Assembly: GCA_041660565.1 (NCBI GenBank)
Contig: JBAZWC010000001.1
Coordinates: 302,481 to 366,480 of the forward strand
Origin: Patescibacteria group bacterium
GTDB lineage: Bacteria > Patescibacteriota > UBA1384 > CAJBMM01
Direction of reading: 5' to 3'
DNA: 64,000 nt
Under the pieces are notes generated by a model that was not told the DNA's origin, ran no database searches, and was given only the letters and a program-made list of their open reading frames with translations. A program made the translations under genes and the position numbers. Below, piece after piece: positions 29,526 to 39,663 of this stretch (within the stretch, counting starts at the first letter, position 1; every line of letters begins with the position of its first letter).

Positions 29526-30705
29526 ACAATTTATCCACCGCAGTTTTAACCGCAGCGATTAATTTATCCACATCAGACGAATCATTATATATCCCAAAAC
29601 TGGCTCTAACCGTACCCGGCAAACGCAGATGATCTGACAACGGCATGGCACAATGCTTTCCCGAACGCACTGTGATTTTGTTCTCATCCAAAACATGAGC
29701 TAAATCGTGAGGATGTACGTTCTTAATATTAAATGAGACAAGCGACAACTGGTTTTTGCCGTACACTTCCACTGCTGGAATTTCGGCCAGATTTGATATT
29801 AATTGATCTACCAAATCACGATCATGTTGTTGAATTTTATTCAAACCGATTTTATTGATGAACCGAATTGCTTCACCTAAACCAACCACCCCGGCAACAT
29901 CCACTGTGCCCGCTTCAAATCGATGTGGCAATTTTGTTAGCTCAAACCAATCAAACGTTACTTCAGAAATCATCCCACCGCCATAAATCAACGGAGACAT
30001 TTGCTCAAGTAGTTCTACGCGACCGTACAAGACGCCAATACCGGTTGGCCCATACATTTTATGCGCGCTGAACGCATAAAAATCGGCATCAAGTTTGGTC
30101 ACGTCAACCGGCATATGCCCAACCGCTTGCGCGCCGTCAACCACCACTTTTGCACCAAATTGGTGCGACATTTTAACGATTTGTTCAACTGGATTTTGGT
30201 GACCCAAAACATTTGAAACATGCCCCACAGCCACAATTTTGACTTTTTTAGATAGCTTTTTGGCTAAATCGTCCAAATCTATTTGACCGAATTGGTTAAG
30301 CTCGATTGCTACCAGCTCAGCGCCAGTTTGCTTTGCGATCACTTGCCAGGGCATCAAGTTAGCATGATGCACACCGCGGCTAACCAAAATAATATCACCT
30401 AGTTTTAATATATTTCTAGCAAAGCCAAACGCCACCAAATTTAGTGATTCGGTACAATTTTTGCTAAAAATAATCGATTTTGCGTCCCCTGCACCAATAA
30501 AATCTGCTACAATTTGACGATTATCAGCTAAAATTTGACTGGCAAGATTCCCAGCCGTAGAGACTCCGCGACCGGTATTGGCATTATTTTTTTGATAATA
30601 TGCGTCCATTTTCGCTAAAACCGACTTGGGCTTCTGCGATGTGGCTGCCGAATCTAAATAAGCGCTAGATGGATTAGATTTGAAATAGGGGAATTGTTTT
30701 TTCAT
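29515..30705 (-). CDS. sufS: SufS cysteine desulfurase
   Basis: YLDSAATSQKP, HHAN, DGAQ, SAHKMYGP, RSGKHCA. Confidence 0.93.
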   Translation of the reverse strand: MKKQFPYFKSNPSSAYLDSAATSQKPKSVLAKMDAYYQKNNANTGRGVSTAGNLASQILADNRQIVADFIGAGDAKSIIFSKNCTESLNLVAFGFARNILKLGDIILVSRGVHHANLMPWQVIAKQTGAELVAIELNQFGQIDLDDLAKKLSKKVKIVAVGHVSNVLGHQNPVEQIVKMSHQFGAKVVVDGAQAVGHMPVDVTKLDADFYAFSAHKMYGPTGIGVLYGRVELLEQMSPLIYGGGMISEVTFDWFELTKLPHRFEAGTVDVAGVVGLGEAIRFINKIGLNKIQQHDRDLVDQLISNLAEIPAVEVYGKNQLSLVSFNIKNVHPHDLAHVLDENKITVRSGKHCAMPLSDHLRLPGTVRASFGIYNDSSDVDKLIAAVKTAVDKLYVK

Positions 30706-30772
30706 TTTGGTCACTTTCTTAAAATAGTTCTCACTCCGTTCGAACAAAAAATGATATTTCTTGTTCGAGGAT

Positions 30773-31474
30773 CTAGGCGTCCGAGAACTGTGTTTGACTA
30801 ACTTGATTAATAATTTTACTCACTCTGTTTCTACTTCTATTGTTGGCAAACATCTCGGCGGCGGAATACAATCCACCTAAAATTAACTCGCGCCTAGCTT
30901 GGTCCAGCGTTAGCCCCCGACATAATAAATAATTTATTTGATCTTGATTTAGCGGCCCGGTGGTAGCACCGTGCGTGCATTTTACATCATTGGTCAAAAT
31001 CTGTAAAAACGGTTTTGACGCGGCCTTTGCCCCTGGCGATAGCAGTAAATTGCTATTTTTTTGGTATGCTACGCTTTGTTGCCCATTCGCTGTTATTTCG
31101 ATTAGACCATCAAATTCGGAAGCGCTTTGATCTGACAACACCGACCGATATTCCAAATTTGATGTAGTAAGCGGGCTTTGGTGAATCTGGCGTGTTTTAA
31201 TAGATAGCACGTCTCCATTTTGTCCAATCCCGATAATTCGCACATCGGCCGTGGCATTTTGACCCGCCATCACCACTTCAAGATTGATTGAGCAATTAGT
31301 GATAATCCACAACTTGAAACCGGCGCTTTCTTCGACAACAAAAGACATATCGACCGACTCTGGCTGGCTCGAAAATCGCGATTCGATAACCGAAATCTGT
31401 TGCGACTTTTTAACCACCGCCTGATTCAGCATTGCACTTTTTCGCTTTCCATTTATATAACAACGGTTATCCAA
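30773..31474 (-). CDS. sufD: SufD (short)
   Basis: [25 protein letters not shown]. Confidence 0.85.
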   Translation of the reverse strand: MDNRCYINGKRKSAMLNQAVVKKSQQISVIESRFSSQPESVDMSFVVEESAGFKLWIITNCSINLEVVMAGQNATADVRIIGIGQNGDVLSIKTRQIHQSPLTTSNLEYRSVLSDQSASEFDGLIEITANGQQSVAYQKNSNLLLSPGAKAASKPFLQILTNDVKCTHGATTGPLNQDQINYLLCRGLTLDQARRELILGGLYSAAEMFANNRSRNRVSKIINQVSQTQFSDA

Positions 31475-32822
31475 CTGAGCCCTCCATTTCCAAATCGATT
31501 AACCGGTTTAACTCAATGGCGTATTCAAACGGCAATTCTTTGGTAAACTGGCTAATAAATCCGTTGACGATCAGAGACGCGGCCGCACTTTCTGACAATC
31601 CTCGACTAGTTAGATAGAAAAGTTGAGCGTCACCAATCTTGCTCACCGACGCTTCGTGCTCCACAAACGCCGTTGGTTCGGCAACCTTGATGGTGGGGTA
31701 CGTATCTGATCGTGATCGATCGTCTAACAGCAATGCATCGCATCGAACTCGGTTCTTAACTCCGCTATACCCCCTACCAACGTTTACCGTCCCGCGAAAG
31801 CTGGTCCGGCCGCCATCTTTTGAAATCGATTTGGAAATTATTGTTGATGAGGTGTTGTTTGCCAAATGGATTGCCTTGGCGCCGGCATCTTGGTACTGAT
31901 CTTTGCCTGCATACGCAATGGACAAAATATCACCTTTTGCCCCGTTACCTAACAAATACACGCTCGGATATTTCATCGTTAACCGCGAGCCCAAATTGCC
32001 ATCCACCCACTCTACAAACGCATTTTCATACACAAATGCCCGTTTTGTCACCAAGTTGTAGATGTTTTTGGACCAATTCTGCACTGTGGTATAGCGAATA
32101 TGTGAACCGGGCAACGCGATTAGTTCCACCACCGCGGCGTGAAGCGAATACGTGGAATATACCGGCGCGGTGCACCCTTCTATATAATGAACATCACTTC
32201 CTTCATCTGCGATGATTAACGTGCGCTCAAACTGGCCAAAGCTTTCCGCGTTAATGCGAAAATATGCCTGCAACGGCAAGCGCACTTTGGTATTTTTAGG
32301 CACGTAGATAAAACTGCCTCCCGACCACACCGCCGAATTTAGGGCGGAAAATTTGTTGTCATTTGCCGGAACAACAGACGCAAAATATTTTTTGACGATT
32401 TCGGGATATTCTCTTAAACCCGTGTCCATATCGCAAAAGATCACTCCCTGGTCATCTAACTCTTTTTTGATGTGATGATAAACCACTTCGGATTCAAATT
32501 GCGCCGATACGCCGGCCAGAAATTGGCGTTCCGCTTGCGGAATACCAATTTTATCAAATGTTTGCTTGATATCGTCTGGAACATCGTCCCAACTGTTTTG
32601 CGGCTTGTCAGATGTGGACAAATAATAGGTGATTTGGTCAAAATTAATCTCGTCAATTAGTTTACTTTGTGCCCAAATTGGGAGTTTTTTGGCTAAAAAT
32701 TGAGTGTAAGATTTAAGCCGAAAATCTAGCATCCATTTTGGCTCATTTTTGCGACGCGAAATAGCCTTAACCGTTTCGGCGGTAAGTCCTTTTGGTGTTT
32801 GGTATTTAACTGCGCTTTTCAT
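31467..32822 (-). CDS. sufB: Fe-S assembly protein SufB
   Basis: [35 protein letters not shown]. Confidence 0.96.
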   Translation of the reverse strand: MKSAVKYQTPKGLTAETVKAISRRKNEPKWMLDFRLKSYTQFLAKKLPIWAQSKLIDEINFDQITYYLSTSDKPQNSWDDVPDDIKQTFDKIGIPQAERQFLAGVSAQFESEVVYHHIKKELDDQGVIFCDMDTGLREYPEIVKKYFASVVPANDNKFSALNSAVWSGGSFIYVPKNTKVRLPLQAYFRINAESFGQFERTLIIADEGSDVHYIEGCTAPVYSTYSLHAAVVELIALPGSHIRYTTVQNWSKNIYNLVTKRAFVYENAFVEWVDGNLGSRLTMKYPSVYLLGNGAKGDILSIAYAGKDQYQDAGAKAIHLANNTSSTIISKSISKDGGRTSFRGTVNVGRGYSGVKNRVRCDALLLDDRSRSDTYPTIKVAEPTAFVEHEASVSKIGDAQLFYLTSRGLSESAAASLIVNGFISQFTKELPFEYAIELNRLIDLEMEGSVG

Positions 32823-32843
32823 GGTTCCCTTGTCATTCCGGGT

Positions 32844-32879
32844 CAATTGGCTTAATTGGATTGATTGGACTAATTGGAA
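32844..32879. repeat. 9-mer (NAATTGGAN)n family (also 19459-19494, 24863-24878, 29107-29133, 33627-33661, 34068-34112, 36893-36928, 54849-54874)
   Basis: caattggct taattggat tgattggac taattggaa. Confidence 0.75.
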
Positions 32880-32887
32880 AATTTAAA

Positions 32888-33616
32888 TTATTTATTAATT
32901 TCACTAAACCCAGTGCTATTTACCTTCTGCGATAAATCCGCACCACCGATTCTGACAATCGCTCCGTCTTGCATTACCAACACCCGATCAACTTTGACTA
33001 AATCTAGCAAGCGTTGGTAGTGGGTAATTATAATAATTGCTCGATCAGGTGCACGGTATTGGTTAATAACGTCGGCAACCAGATGAAGTGCATCTACGTC
33101 TAACCCGGAGTCAATTTCGTCTAAGATCAATAATTTTGGCTGCAATACCAATGCTTGCGCCAATTCCAACCGCTTTTTCTCGCCTCCAGACATCCCGTCG
33201 TTTACCGCACGATTAGCGTAGCTTTGATCTAAACCAACCGAGTTAAGCGCCGAAATTAAATTTGACCGAAAACTGGCGGCAGTTACTTTAAGATGAGGAT
33301 GATTTTTAACCGCGGCCCGCAGCATTGAAGCCACGGTTAGCCCCGGAATTTCTATGGGATGTTGCGATGCCACATATATCCCCAGTGCAGATCGTTTGTC
33401 TGCACTTAATTTGGTGAGGTCTTTATGATTAAAAATAATTCGCCCAGCAGAACAGTCGTAATTTGGCGAGCCCATAATGGAAGATACCAGCGTGCTTTTG
33501 CCTGAACCGTTTGGCCCCATTATCGCCACCACTTCGCCTGCTTCAATTTCAAGCGACAGATTCTCAATAATTTTTTTATCACTGGCGTTTACAGATAAAT
33601 TATTTATTTTTAGCAT
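32888..33616 (-). CDS. sufC: Fe-S assembly ATPase SufC
   Basis: GPNGSGKST, SGGEKKR, LDEIDSGLDVDA, ITHYQRLL. Confidence 0.96.
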   Translation of the reverse strand: MLKINNLSVNASDKKIIENLSLEIEAGEVVAIMGPNGSGKSTLVSSIMGSPNYDCSAGRIIFNHKDLTKLSADKRSALGIYVASQHPIEIPGLTVASMLRAAVKNHPHLKVTAASFRSNLISALNSVGLDQSYANRAVNDGMSGGEKKRLELAQALVLQPKLLILDEIDSGLDVDALHLVADVINQYRAPDRAIIIITHYQRLLDLVKVDRVLVMQDGAIVRIGGADLSQKVNSTGFSEINK

Positions 33617-33640
33617 TATTCAACTTTCCAATTCATCCAA

Positions 33641-34018
33641 TCAATCCAATTTATCCAATTTGATTGAATGTAATTTTTCAATAATTTCCGCGTTTATTTT
33701 TCTCACTTGAGGAGATGTCTGACACCCTTTATTTTGACAACTGGCGCAATCGGTCAACGCAATCGGCCCATCAACGGCGGTGATTATTTGGGCAAAACTG
33801 ATGGTTTTTGGATCAACTGCCACCCAATATCCCCCTCCCACACCTTCTTTACTCGAAATCAATCCAGCCTGACGCAATTTGTTAGCTAATTGTCGCAATA
33901 TTGATAACGGCAAGTTCGCTTCCCCTGCCACCACATTTAAGCTAATTGGATGGCTAGAATTTGATAATTTAGACATCAGCACCAGCGCATAATCTTGTTT
34001 TTTGGAGAGTTTCAACAT
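33641..34018 (-). CDS. Rrf2-family transcriptional regulator
   Basis: DYAL..LRQAGLISS.EG..GGY; C-terminal Cys cluster; heads the suf operon. Confidence 0.9.
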   Translation of the reverse strand: MLKLSKKQDYALVLMSKLSNSSHPISLNVVAGEANLPLSILRQLANKLRQAGLISSKEGVGGGYWVAVDPKTISFAQIITAVDGPIALTDCASCQNKGCQTSPQVRKINAEIIEKLHSIKLDKLD

Positions 34019-34021
34019 ATC

Positions 34022-34068
34022 TAATACCTATTTGTATCTAGTTTTACAGATGTAATAGACGCTTGTCA
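34022..34068 (-). promoter_or_regulatory. suf promoter and possible Rrf2 operator
   Basis: TTGACA at 34068; imperfect palindrome TAGATACaaatagGTATTA before the ATG. Confidence 0.4.
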
Positions 34069-34194
34069 AATTGGTCTGATTGGATTAATTGGAGCAATTG
34101 GATTGATTGGATTTGAATTTGTTTCGTATTTCGAATTTTGTGCTTAGTGCTTTGTTGACTTGCGCCAACTCGATCCTTAATTCATACTGATATT

Positions 34195-34617
34195 ATGTGG
34201 CAGTGCAAACATTGTAGAGAACGCTTTGTGGAAAAGCCCGAACATCACCTGTGCGTAACCGACGAGTTAAGCGGGTATTTCCGAGGGCGGCGCACCTTAC
34301 TGCAACCGCTATTTCAAAATATGCTCGCTAAGCTAAATCGCTTTAACGGCATTACGGTGCAACCGTTTGATCAGCTTATTGCGATAAAATCCAGCCAGCC
34401 GTTTGCATATGTACATATTGGTGATGGTAGCATCGACGTTTTCGTAGATCTTCCACAAGACAAGCCGATATCACCCAACCTTAAATCAGCAAATCGGTTG
34501 CAGGTGGGAAAAACCAGCCATTATTTTACAATTAAATCTGTTGCCGATTTAACCCCAGACATAATGCACGCCTTAATGTGGGCAAAGGAAAAAGTGGATT
34601 ATCAGCAAAATGAATAA
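34195..34617 (+). CDS. DUF5655-like protein with N-terminal CxxC
   Basis: MWQCKHC..F....HHLC; size and pattern typical of the family. Confidence 0.6.
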   Translation: MWQCKHCRERFVEKPEHHLCVTDELSGYFRGRRTLLQPLFQNMLAKLNRFNGITVQPFDQLIAIKSSQPFAYVHIGDGSIDVFVDLPQDKPISPNLKSANRLQVGKTSHYFTIKSVADLTPDIMHALMWAKEKVDYQQNE

Positions 34618-35581
34618 CTATCTACTCGATTATTTTAAGAATTACAAAAAATCGCCGGAGTTTAAGCGGCTGCATAGCCAACTGCGTACTCAGCAAGCGC
34701 AAGTTCAGCAGACTTTTCACCATACCCACAAACATGCCAAAAAATTATTACGTAAACATCGCATTGTGCTTGGACATTTACGCCACGGTAGCACCAAGGC
34801 TTTTGCCGGCGCTGCGCTGGCCAGTAGTTTGTTTGTTGCGCCTATTCATACTCAGACCATACATACAGACAAGGCACAAGCCAAAATCCCCGAGGTGTCT
34901 CAAACATCATTGGTTCCCGGCCCAACTAATCCAAATGTTCACCAAATGACCCAAGATGAATTTAAGGATGCTCTACAGCGCATTATTGGCACTTCGTTAG
35001 CACGAGAGGGCAAACTTACAGACAGTCAGCTTAGCCAAATTGAAACGTTAATCCAACAACAATTTAATCTAGAAATCAGTAATAAAACCGCCTCCGGGTT
35101 TGAACTGAAAGATCATTATGGATATATGGGTGCCGAGCAGCATCTACCAACCAAACCGGGTGACACTGCCTCGAATCACGTTAACTCGCGAGACCCGCTT
35201 GCCATTTTAACCGGAATTACCCCAGGGCGCGGAGCATGGGGATACGCACCCGCCGGTCCCGAAGAACTTAATTACTTTGTGGCACAAACATGGCTTTCAG
35301 ATCAGTTTGGCACCGCCGCATCCAAAAACCTGGCTGGGCAACGCTATCTGGTTATTCAGGCTCCGAACGCCCGCAATGGCAACCGAGTTAGCGTTCAAGT
35401 TACAGACATCAGAGACGCCGGCCCCGGAATTAGCACTCGAAAAGTATTTGGCGGCTCCCCAGAAGTAATGGATGCACTTGGTAGCGCCATTTCTGGCGGT
35501 CCACGCAACGATCAAGTCATTGCCCTGCCAATTTTAACCGACGTTCCTTCAAATCAATTAGGACCAAGGAGTTTCAAATGA
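34610..35581 (+). CDS. Conserved hypothetical exported protein (possible RlpA-like DPBB C-terminus)
   Basis: His-rich N-terminus, TM/signal, YMGAEQHL, DAGP...FGGSPEVMDALG. Confidence 0.6.
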   Translation: MNNYLLDYFKNYKKSPEFKRLHSQLRTQQAQVQQTFHHTHKHAKKLLRKHRIVLGHLRHGSTKAFAGAALASSLFVAPIHTQTIHTDKAQAKIPEVSQTSLVPGPTNPNVHQMTQDEFKDALQRIIGTSLAREGKLTDSQLSQIETLIQQQFNLEISNKTASGFELKDHYGYMGAEQHLPTKPGDTASNHVNSRDPLAILTGITPGRGAWGYAPAGPEELNYFVAQTWLSDQFGTAASKNLAGQRYLVIQAPNARNGNRVSVQVTDIRDAGPGISTRKVFGGSPEVMDALGSAISGGPRNDQVIALPILTDVPSNQLGPRSFK

Positions 35582-35922
35582 GCCAACTATTTTACGCCCA
35601 TCTGGTACCATTAGATGAAGCGTTACATCTTTTAGATCAGTATGAGCTTGAAAGTGATGAACGCGATCAACTAGAAGAAATGGTTTACGCCATTTTTGAC
35701 CACAACATTATGAATTTGATCATGCAAAAGGTGCCTAAAGAACATCATGATAATTTGGTAGAGATGATTGCTGTTTCCCCCTTTGATCTTGCCATCATTG
35801 ATTATCTGAAAACTCACGCTCCCGACATTGAAACTGATATAATGGATGTGGGCAAACAAGTTCATTATCAGTTAATCCCGGTTTTAGCGAAGCCGGCGAA
35901 CAAAGATGGAGGTAAAAAGTGA
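35578..35922 (+). CDS. Hypothetical protein
   Basis: ATGA-coupled ORF in operon. Confidence 0.7.
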   Translation: MSQLFYAHLVPLDEALHLLDQYELESDERDQLEEMVYAIFDHNIMNLIMQKVPKEHHDNLVEMIAVSPFDLAIIDYLKTHAPDIETDIMDVGKQVHYQLIPVLAKPANKDGGKK

Positions 35923-36161
35923 TATTAGTTGATGAGTTTGACTGCTCGGAGTGCGGAAAATCAATTGATATTGGCGAACCATTCGTTGCCTCTGCCACCT
36001 ACCCAGCGCGATCAGCATTTCAGTCCGATGCAGTTGGTTTAGGTTACCTATCTAATAACGGCGAGGTGTTGTGCGGTAATTGTGCTAAAAAAAGGTTTGG
36101 AGAGGAAGATTTGGCAAAATTCAAAGGCACTACATTCCATTTCCCAAAACACAAAAAATAA
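35919..36161 (+). CDS. Small zinc-binding protein
   Basis: CSECG...LCGNC. Confidence 0.65.
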   Translation: MILVDEFDCSECGKSIDIGEPFVASATYPARSAFQSDAVGLGYLSNNGEVLCGNCAKKRFGEEDLAKFKGTTFHFPKHKK

Positions 36162-36242
36162 TTAACTTCAGATTGTCATTTCGACTCGGGGAGAGTGTCA
36201 ACTCGACCACAGTGGAGAAACCTCAAGAAAGAATCCATTCCA

Positions 36243-36878
36243 GTGAAACACATAAATAATAGCTATTTTGTGGTAATTACTTTATTTGTTCTCGCCGTTG
36301 CGGCCGTAATTGCCATAGTCCTAACGTCAGATCATCAGCAGTCTGCCGAAGCCACTATTTGGCGAGTTGATGCCCCGACAAAAGGCAAAACAAGCGCCAA
36401 AGTTAAGATGGTGGAATTTGGCGATTTTGCTTGCGTCGCCTGCGCCGATTTCAGGGCGATAAAAAACGCCCTGCTAGAACAATATCCAAACGACCTACAA
36501 TATCAATTTCGCTTTTTCCCCACCGCTAATCATCCCAATTCGTACTCGGCGGCGGTAACCGCCGAAATTGCCAACCAGCACGACCAATTTTGGGTAATGT
36601 CTGACCTCTTATACGAAAACCATGCAAACTGGCAAGATTCAACCAACTTTCGCAGCATTTTTGCCAACTTTGCAGTGTTAGTGGGAATTGATCAGAGTAC
36701 ATTTACCAGTGATTTTGACAAACTAAAAACAGCTGACGATGTGGTAGATAAAGACGTGGCAGACGGCAATGCACTGTCGATTACCGAAACGCCGGCTATT
36801 TTTCTAAATGACACCCGTTACGGCGGCACCTTAACTCAGACCGATTTGGCCAAAGCAATAGATTCTCTATTAAAATAG
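36243..36878 (+). CDS. DsbA/thioredoxin-fold disulfide oxidoreductase
   Basis: EFGDFACVAC, FRFFP, TPAIFLN; N-terminal TM. Confidence 0.88.
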   Translation: MKHINNSYFVVITLFVLAVAAVIAIVLTSDHQQSAEATIWRVDAPTKGKTSAKVKMVEFGDFACVACADFRAIKNALLEQYPNDLQYQFRFFPTANHPNSYSAAVTAEIANQHDQFWVMSDLLYENHANWQDSTNFRSIFANFAVLVGIDQSTFTSDFDKLKTADDVVDKDVADGNALSITETPAIFLNDTRYGGTLTQTDLAKAIDSLLK

Positions 36879-36909
36879 TCTTTTTCTAACTCCAATTGGA
36901 TAAATTGGA

Positions 36910-37284
36910 CTAATTGGAATGATTGGATTCTTTTATTGTGACCGATGGTTCGGAACTATAAACCGGCGCCACCGGGCTTGAAAAATGTCCATGATTTACG
37001 TTAGCTGATGTTGAAACCGGAATATCCAGTGCAAACGCCAGCGAATTTGCCGTAGCCACACCTATTCGGGTACCGGTGAAAGACCCGGGGCCGGGATTAA
37101 CCACAATTGCATTTAGATTAGACAGTACAATTTTATTTTGTTTTAACAATTGATCAATTTTTGGCAACAGCTCCGACCCTAAATTACGCCCGGATTCCCA
37201 CGCAATTTGGTCAACTACTTGCTTGTCGATTATGATTTCGAGTTTAGTTGTTTCAGTTGTAGTGTCTATTGATAATATTTTCAT
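36910..37284 (-). CDS. tsaB: t6A biosynthesis protein TsaB (short)
   Basis: ILSIDTT, GPGSFTGTRIG. Confidence 0.9.
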   Translation of the reverse strand: MKILSIDTTTETTKLEIIIDKQVVDQIAWESGRNLGSELLPKIDQLLKQNKIVLSNLNAIVVNPGPGSFTGTRIGVATANSLAFALDIPVSTSANVNHGHFSSPVAPVYSSEPSVTIKESNHSN

Positions 37285-37295
37285 TCTTTTCCTTT

Positions 37296-37372
37296 GTCAT
37301 CCCGGGCTCGACCCGGGATCCAGACTATAAAAGACTTTATTATATAGATTCCGTGTCAAGCACGGAATGACA
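37296..37372. repeat. GTCAT REP doublet overlapping the tsaE 3' end
   Basis: tgtcatcccgggctcgacccgggatccag...tagattccgtgtcaagcacggaatgaca. Confidence 0.85.
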
Positions 37373-37849
37373 TGCTCGTGTTATTGTTTCAAACAATCTT
37401 AAGCTTTCTTCATCCTCACCATGATTCTCGATTAAAACCTGTCGTTTTTGACCAATCCGGCTTAGTGTAAGATGAATATGACCAAAAGATTCGATTACTG
37501 GCTGTTTTTCCGGCCATTCAACAATCGAAATCACATCTTTTGACCCAAGCAACTCGTCTAAACCAATCGATTTTACATCGTCTATTTTTCCGGTACGATA
37601 CAAATCTATATGCGCTAAAATATTTTGATCTGCTAACTGGTACTCGTTTATCATTACAAATGTTGGGCTTGATACGCTTGACTGAACGCCCAATTCTTTT
37701 GCAATCGATTGCGTTAGCGTGGTTTTGCCCGCACCAAGCTCTCCGGTCAAAAAAATCACCTCACCACCAATACAACTCCGTCCTATCAATTGGCCCAGTT
37801 TATCTGTATCAGCTAAATTATTTAGTTTTAGATAAAAAGAAGATTTTAT
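37340..37849 (-). CDS. tsaE: t6A biosynthesis ATPase TsaE (start uncertain; ATA 37849 or TTG 37789)
   Basis: GELGAGKTT, SSPTF, HIDLYR, VEWP. Confidence 0.92.
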   Translation of the reverse strand: MKSSFYLKLNNLADTDKLGQLIGRSCIGGEVIFLTGELGAGKTTLTQSIAKELGVQSSVSSPTFVMINEYQLADQNILAHIDLYRTGKIDDVKSIGLDELLGSKDVISIVEWPEKQPVIESFGHIHLTLSRIGQKRQVLIENHGEDEESLRLFETITRACHSVLDTESI

Positions 37850-39482
37850 AAATCACCACCTCGGTTACTATCAGACCTAAATAATACCACGTTTGATCTG
37901 ATTTGTCACTGGATTGCGTATCTGTTTGTTGATACGTGGTCGCCGTTATAAACTCGGTTGGTGCAATAACTGATGTCGAATTAACGACCGACGCGTACAC
38001 AGTTGTCGTTTTTACCACTGCCGGTTCAATCATCTGCCAATCAGTCGCGGCAATTACCCAGTCTCCGCTACTTTTTTGATATCTAAGCCCAAAAATCGCA
38101 ATTTTATCTTTAATTTTAGGGAGATTTGACGGATAATTTAACCATTCCGCTTCAACAATCGTCCCATCTACCAACTTAATTTTCCAGCCCGATTTTGCCA
38201 CACTGGTCAAAACCCCACTCACCCCAATCCAAGCGGAATCGACGTTGGCCGACCCGTTAAGCACTTCGATGCTGTACGCCCCATGCATCAAAATACTGTT
38301 GCCCTTACTGTTTACCGTGCCGTAAATTACCACATTCGATCCCCGCACCATCCCAGGCGGCGGCCGACCAACGGTCCAATCTAAAATATACGGTTTATCT
38401 AACATAATTAACGCCTTGTCTTCGGCAATTACGCCCGGCTCAGCCAGTAGATATCCTCGCCAGATTCCTTTTTCTCTTGGCGCAAGCTCAGCATAATCAT
38501 TTGGCTTGATTGAGTGTAATGAGGGCATGACGATTTTAAAATGATATTCGCTAGTAATTCCCACTACATCGGTTGCGATAATCACCCCGGAATATCTAAC
38601 CGATGGGACAAGCGAGCTAATAGTGTTGGTATGGCTTTTGGTTAAAGATTTATAATTTTTAGTGATTGCTTTAAGATCGCTTTGCATTGGTGTCAGAACA
38701 ATTTGCGTGGTTGTTTTTTCATCGGTATGCCAATGCAATTTTATTTGATCAACCTGAATTTCGACATTTAGTTGATCGATTGCCGGCGGAGTATGATCGA
38801 TTATAATTTTTCCTACAACTTGAGGCGATCCTGAAACGTCGATTGATGAAGTGGCAATACCAGAGATAATGTATTCTCCATCTGGAGCATTTATCGGAAT
38901 AAGTTGAGCGATATCCCAACCTTGATCCAAAACCAAAGCAGTTTGATTATATAAATTACTGTCGCTTTTGGCTGATAGAGTAACCGACGCCGCATTTGAC
39001 GAGCCAAAAAAGTGAGACTGGTTAGCACTAAACTCGCTGTAAATTGTAAATGCTGGCGGATCAACCATTGTTATTACAATGTCGTTGATTTGGGTTGATA
39101 CAATTTCTGCACCACCATTTGATAATAATCGATATGACAAATCGTTTTTCACAAAATCTGGCACTGAGGTAAAAATAGTATTTGATGTAAGACACAAATA
39201 GTAAGTTTTACCATCCGAGATAAACTGAACGTATTTATCAGACGCGGCCACTAAAGCAGAAGGCGCGGCCAAAAGTGGTTGAACAGCCCCATCCCCAAGA
39301 CGCACAAAAATCGCCTCGTATCCCAGGCGATTATCGTTCCAAACCAATTTGTCCCCGGCCCACAGTGGATTTGACTGAATATCGGCGGTGTTAAGCGTCC
39401 AAAACGCCAACGTGGAACGAGAAAAGAAAATCCAAACCAGCCCCACTGCCACAAAAATAATCCCCCGTGAGAGATTTCTCAT
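37818..39482 (-). CDS. Hypothetical secreted/membrane-anchored protein
   Basis: Signal peptide, IDHTPP Ig-like linker, C-terminal TM. Confidence 0.7.
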   Translation of the reverse strand: MRNLSRGIIFVAVGLVWIFFSRSTLAFWTLNTADIQSNPLWAGDKLVWNDNRLGYEAIFVRLGDGAVQPLLAAPSALVAASDKYVQFISDGKTYYLCLTSNTIFTSVPDFVKNDLSYRLLSNGGAEIVSTQINDIVITMVDPPAFTIYSEFSANQSHFFGSSNAASVTLSAKSDSNLYNQTALVLDQGWDIAQLIPINAPDGEYIISGIATSSIDVSGSPQVVGKIIIDHTPPAIDQLNVEIQVDQIKLHWHTDEKTTTQIVLTPMQSDLKAITKNYKSLTKSHTNTISSLVPSVRYSGVIIATDVVGITSEYHFKIVMPSLHSIKPNDYAELAPREKGIWRGYLLAEPGVIAEDKALIMLDKPYILDWTVGRPPPGMVRGSNVVIYGTVNSKGNSILMHGAYSIEVLNGSANVDSAWIGVSGVLTSVAKSGWKIKLVDGTIVEAEWLNYPSNLPKIKDKIAIFGLRYQKSSGDWVIAATDWQMIEPAVVKTTTVYASVVNSTSVIAPTEFITATTYQQTDTQSSDKSDQTWYYLGLIVTEVVIYKIFFLSKTK

Positions 39483-39534
39483 ATTATAATTGTAGAGCTA
39501 TTCAATTTTTCAGACAAGTGCCTGAGTCGCCATG

Positions 39535-39663
39535 AATTTTAAATTTTAAAGGCAAAATTTTAAATGAATAAGTACCGAATGATTAAATTTTATAAAAGTT
39601 CCTTATTTAGTCATTTAAAATTAGCAACCATTCATTTGAAATTGAAAATTGAAAATTGAAAAT
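39535..39663 (-). repeat. AT-rich nested palindrome after queA (twin of 54721-54840)
   Basis: Core ttttaaatgactaaataaggaac...taaaatttaatcattcggtact.attcatt shared. Confidence 0.85.
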
